The notes below the pieces were generated by a model. That model was not told the DNA's origin. It did no database searches and saw only the letters and a program-made list of their open reading frames with translations. Shown one piece after another: positions 27,691 through 29,594 of a stretch of DNA of 29,594 nucleotides; within the stretch, counting starts at the first letter, position 1; every line of letters starts with the position of its first letter. Position numbers and translations under genes: made by a program. Source of the stretch: a virus (Duplodnaviria; Caudoviricetes); IMG/VR virus record IMGVR_UViG_3300031991_000114, positions 1 through 29,594 of that record; one strand, 5' to 3'.

Positions 27691-27878
27691 GCAGCATAGA
27701 CGAGAGCTCCATGGTTGCTTTCGCGTTCGTGCTTCCGCCATTGTATGGCGCAGTGGGCGCGTGGTTGTCGCATCTAGGAACCACCGAGAGCGCGTGGGAC
27801 GAGTTCTTCAGTCCGTGGCCGTTTGCGTCGATTGGTGCCTTCATAGCCGCGGTGTGCGTGCTCCACCTCGGCGCCTGA
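27687..27878 (+). CDS. Small two-helix membrane protein (63 aa)
   Basis: GGAGG RBS; two hydrophobic segments (VAFAFVLPPLYGAVGAWL; FASIGAFIAAVCVL). Confidence 0.6.
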   Translation: MSSIDESSMVAFAFVLPPLYGAVGAWLSHLGTTESAWDEFFSPWPFASIGAFIAAVCVLHLGA

Positions 27879-28012
27879 GAGAAGAGCCGGCGATTGGGAC
27901 GTTCCATCGACTTCCATGTGGTCTGTGGCTGGACCGGTCGCGGCGAGCGACCGACGATGAGGCCCGCAATGAATTTCATCGCATCGGAGACTGGCGTCGA
28001 GGAGGTCGAGAC

Positions 28013-28432
28013 ATGACAGCGCCCAACACATCGATTCAAGTCAGTGAAGTTCTCCTTCTGATCCACCCCTACGCATCGGCGCTTTTTTCGATGATCTTGA
28101 CGGTCGTGACGCCGATGATCGCCGGCAGGATCTACCAATTGTTCGGAGTGAAGTTCACGGATGCGCAATGGGCCGTGGTGCATTCCGCGGCCCTCGCTGC
28201 GGCCGGAAAGTTCTGGGCCGGCGCGGATGCTTCGATCGCGAAGGCGAGGATCGATGTCGGATCGGCGGGCATCGCAGCGGCCGCACAAGCCGCGATCGAC
28301 GCGATTCCGGTGGTAGCCAGGACGATCGGCCTCGATCCGGAAGCCATGGCGAGCCTCATCGTGAGCAAGATCGGCTTGCTGCAAAGTGGTGCGGCGGCGC
28401 CGGCTGACGTGGCGGACGAGGGGCCGGCATGA
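28013..28432 (+). CDS. Putative holin-like membrane protein (139 aa)
   Basis: GAGGAGG RBS; N-terminal hydrophobic helix plus amphipathic helical C-terminus; lies in the lysis region. Confidence 0.65.
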   Translation: MTAPNTSIQVSEVLLLIHPYASALFSMILTVVTPMIAGRIYQLFGVKFTDAQWAVVHSAALAAAGKFWAGADASIAKARIDVGSAGIAAAAQAAIDAIPVVARTIGLDPEAMASLIVSKIGLLQSGAAAPADVADEGPA

Positions 28433-28524
28433 GCGATGGTCTCGGGCAGGAGGCGGCGCCGCCGGCGTAATTTTCGGGTGTGCTTGCGTCGATGATCGGA
28501 AAGGCGCGTGGGAAGGTGCGTGCG

Positions 28525-28794
28525 ATGATTGCAACGGACGGTAGCTCCTGGACCATGCTGGTTGCCGGGAGTCTCGGGGCTGTGTTCGGGGTGGTAGGTA
28601 CGGTCCTTGCCGCCCTCATAAACCGCCAGCCTCCGATGGCGGCGTTGGTGGATGCTCGTATTCGGGTGTTGATCGAGAGCTACGAAAGCCGCATCAGCGA
28701 ACTGCAGGACGAGGTCGTGAGGCTCGAGGCCAAGGTGGATGCGTTGTCGAAGGCTCTGCAGCAAGGGAAGCCGTTGCGGTACTTTGGAATGTGA
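28525..28794 (+). CDS. Transmembrane plus coiled-coil protein (lysis accessory candidate, 89 aa)
   Basis: MLVAGSLGAVFGVVGTVLAALI then YESRISELQDEVVRLEAKVDAL; GGAAGG upstream of ATG 28525. Confidence 0.65.
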   Translation: MIATDGSSWTMLVAGSLGAVFGVVGTVLAALINRQPPMAALVDARIRVLIESYESRISELQDEVVRLEAKVDALSKALQQGKPLRYFGM

Positions 28795-28910
28795 CGCGAG
28801 GTGTCGGGACGGTCGACTCGCTCGGGCTGGGAGCCCGAGGCGGATCGGAAAGGTGGGGGATGCCCTCCGCCCGCGATGTGTGGCTTGCGCCACGGCGCGC
28901 GACGCTCGTT

Positions 28911-28950
28911 TGCCCCTGTCCCGCTTCAGCGGGGCAGGGGCATTTTTTTG
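28911..28950 (+). terminator. Rho-independent terminator closing the cluster
   Basis: TGCCCCTGTCCCGCT-TC-AGCGGGGCAGGGGCA hairpin followed by TTTTTTT. Confidence 0.9.
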
Positions 28951-29114
28951 TGTGCGCACATCGGGACCGCGCATGAGCTTTGCTCGGGATGCCGAAAAAG
29001 GTCGAGCACGACAAAGATCATTGCAAGTGCATGGTCGGCTCGTCCGACTTCGTCTATTGTCGCACCGAGCCGGCGGGTCGCCCTGTACGACCACGGAGGG
29101 ACTTGGAGACGCTG

Positions 29115-29594
29115 ATGGGCACGATCTACGAATTTTCGGCGGCGACACTGCAAGGCACGGAAATGCGACTTGCCGAATTCTCCGGGCAAGTGGTCCTCGT
29201 CGTCAACACCGCGAGCAAATGTGGTTTTACGCCACAATATGATGGGCTCGAGGCACTCTATCGCAAGTATAAAGCGCAAGGGTTTACGGTGATCGGCTTT
29301 CCTTGCAATCAATTCGGTGCCCAAGAGCCGGGAGATGCAACGGAAATTGCCAAGTTCTGCTCGACCACCTATGATGTCACCTTTCTGATGTTTGCCAAGA
29401 TCGAGGTCAATGGACCCGGCACTCACCCTTTGTTCGCGTTCTTGAAGGGTGAAGCGCCAGGCATGCTCGGCACCGAGGCGATCAAGTGGAACTTCACCAA
29501 GTTTCTGTTGGATCGCAATGGCGCGGTCGTCTCACGCTTCGCTCCGAACACGACACCGAAGGAGCTCGAAGCGGACATCGAGAAGCTGCTCTAG
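29115..29594 (+). CDS. btuE: Glutathione peroxidase (Cys-type, BtuE/Gpx family, 159 aa)
   Basis: VNTASKCGFT, GFPCNQFG, KWNFTKFL motifs; GGAG RBS before ATG 29115. Confidence 0.95.
   Translation: MGTIYEFSAATLQGTEMRLAEFSGQVVLVVNTASKCGFTPQYDGLEALYRKYKAQGFTVIGFPCNQFGAQEPGDATEIAKFCSTTYDVTFLMFAKIEVNGPGTHPLFAFLKGEAPGMLGTEAIKWNFTKFLLDRNGAVVSRFAPNTTPKELEADIEKLL

Larger units (their letters stand above)
2023..28950 (+). mobile_element. Phage-derived head-tail-lysis cluster (GTA-like element or defective prophage)
   Basis: About 30 co-oriented ORFs in siphovirus order ending in a terminator; no integration, immunity or replication genes in the window. Confidence 0.9.

Noticed and set aside
1798-29031. 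ATCATTGC(GC)AAGTGCA at 1798-1814 and 29017-29031 as attL/attR
   Set aside because: Short, needs a 2-bp indel, no integrase or tRNA target, and the left copy lies inside the repeat array; likely chance or related to the TTGCAA motif.
29115-29594. Selenocysteine Gpx or cargo gene of the element
   Set aside because: Active-site codon is TGT (Cys) and the gene lies beyond the cluster terminator; treated as host flank.

Overview
GC-rich window, probably from an alphaproteobacterium (inferred from gene content). It is dominated by one co-oriented ~27 kb siphophage-type morphogenesis and lysis cluster (about 2023-28794) ending in a Rho-independent terminator. Gene order: large terminase, portal, protease/scaffold, major capsid, adaptor, tail terminator, tail tube, frameshifted tail chaperones, short tape measure, RcGTA-like tail tip genes (TIM-barrel, DUF2460, DUF2163, NlpC/P60, Phage-tail_3), tail fibre, three signal-peptide-bearing accessory proteins, DUF3380 endolysin and small membrane proteins. 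It is flanked by a decayed IS630 on the left and a glutathione peroxidase gene on the right. I see no integrase, repressor, replication gene or recognisable small terminase; instead three spaced 74-bp promoter/operator-like repeats precede the terminase. Best reading: a domesticated, gene-transfer-agent-like particle locus combining a non-RcGTA head and tube with a rearranged RcGTA-like baseplate. A truncated prophage is the main alternative. All family calls come from motif recognition and synteny by eye, not database searches.
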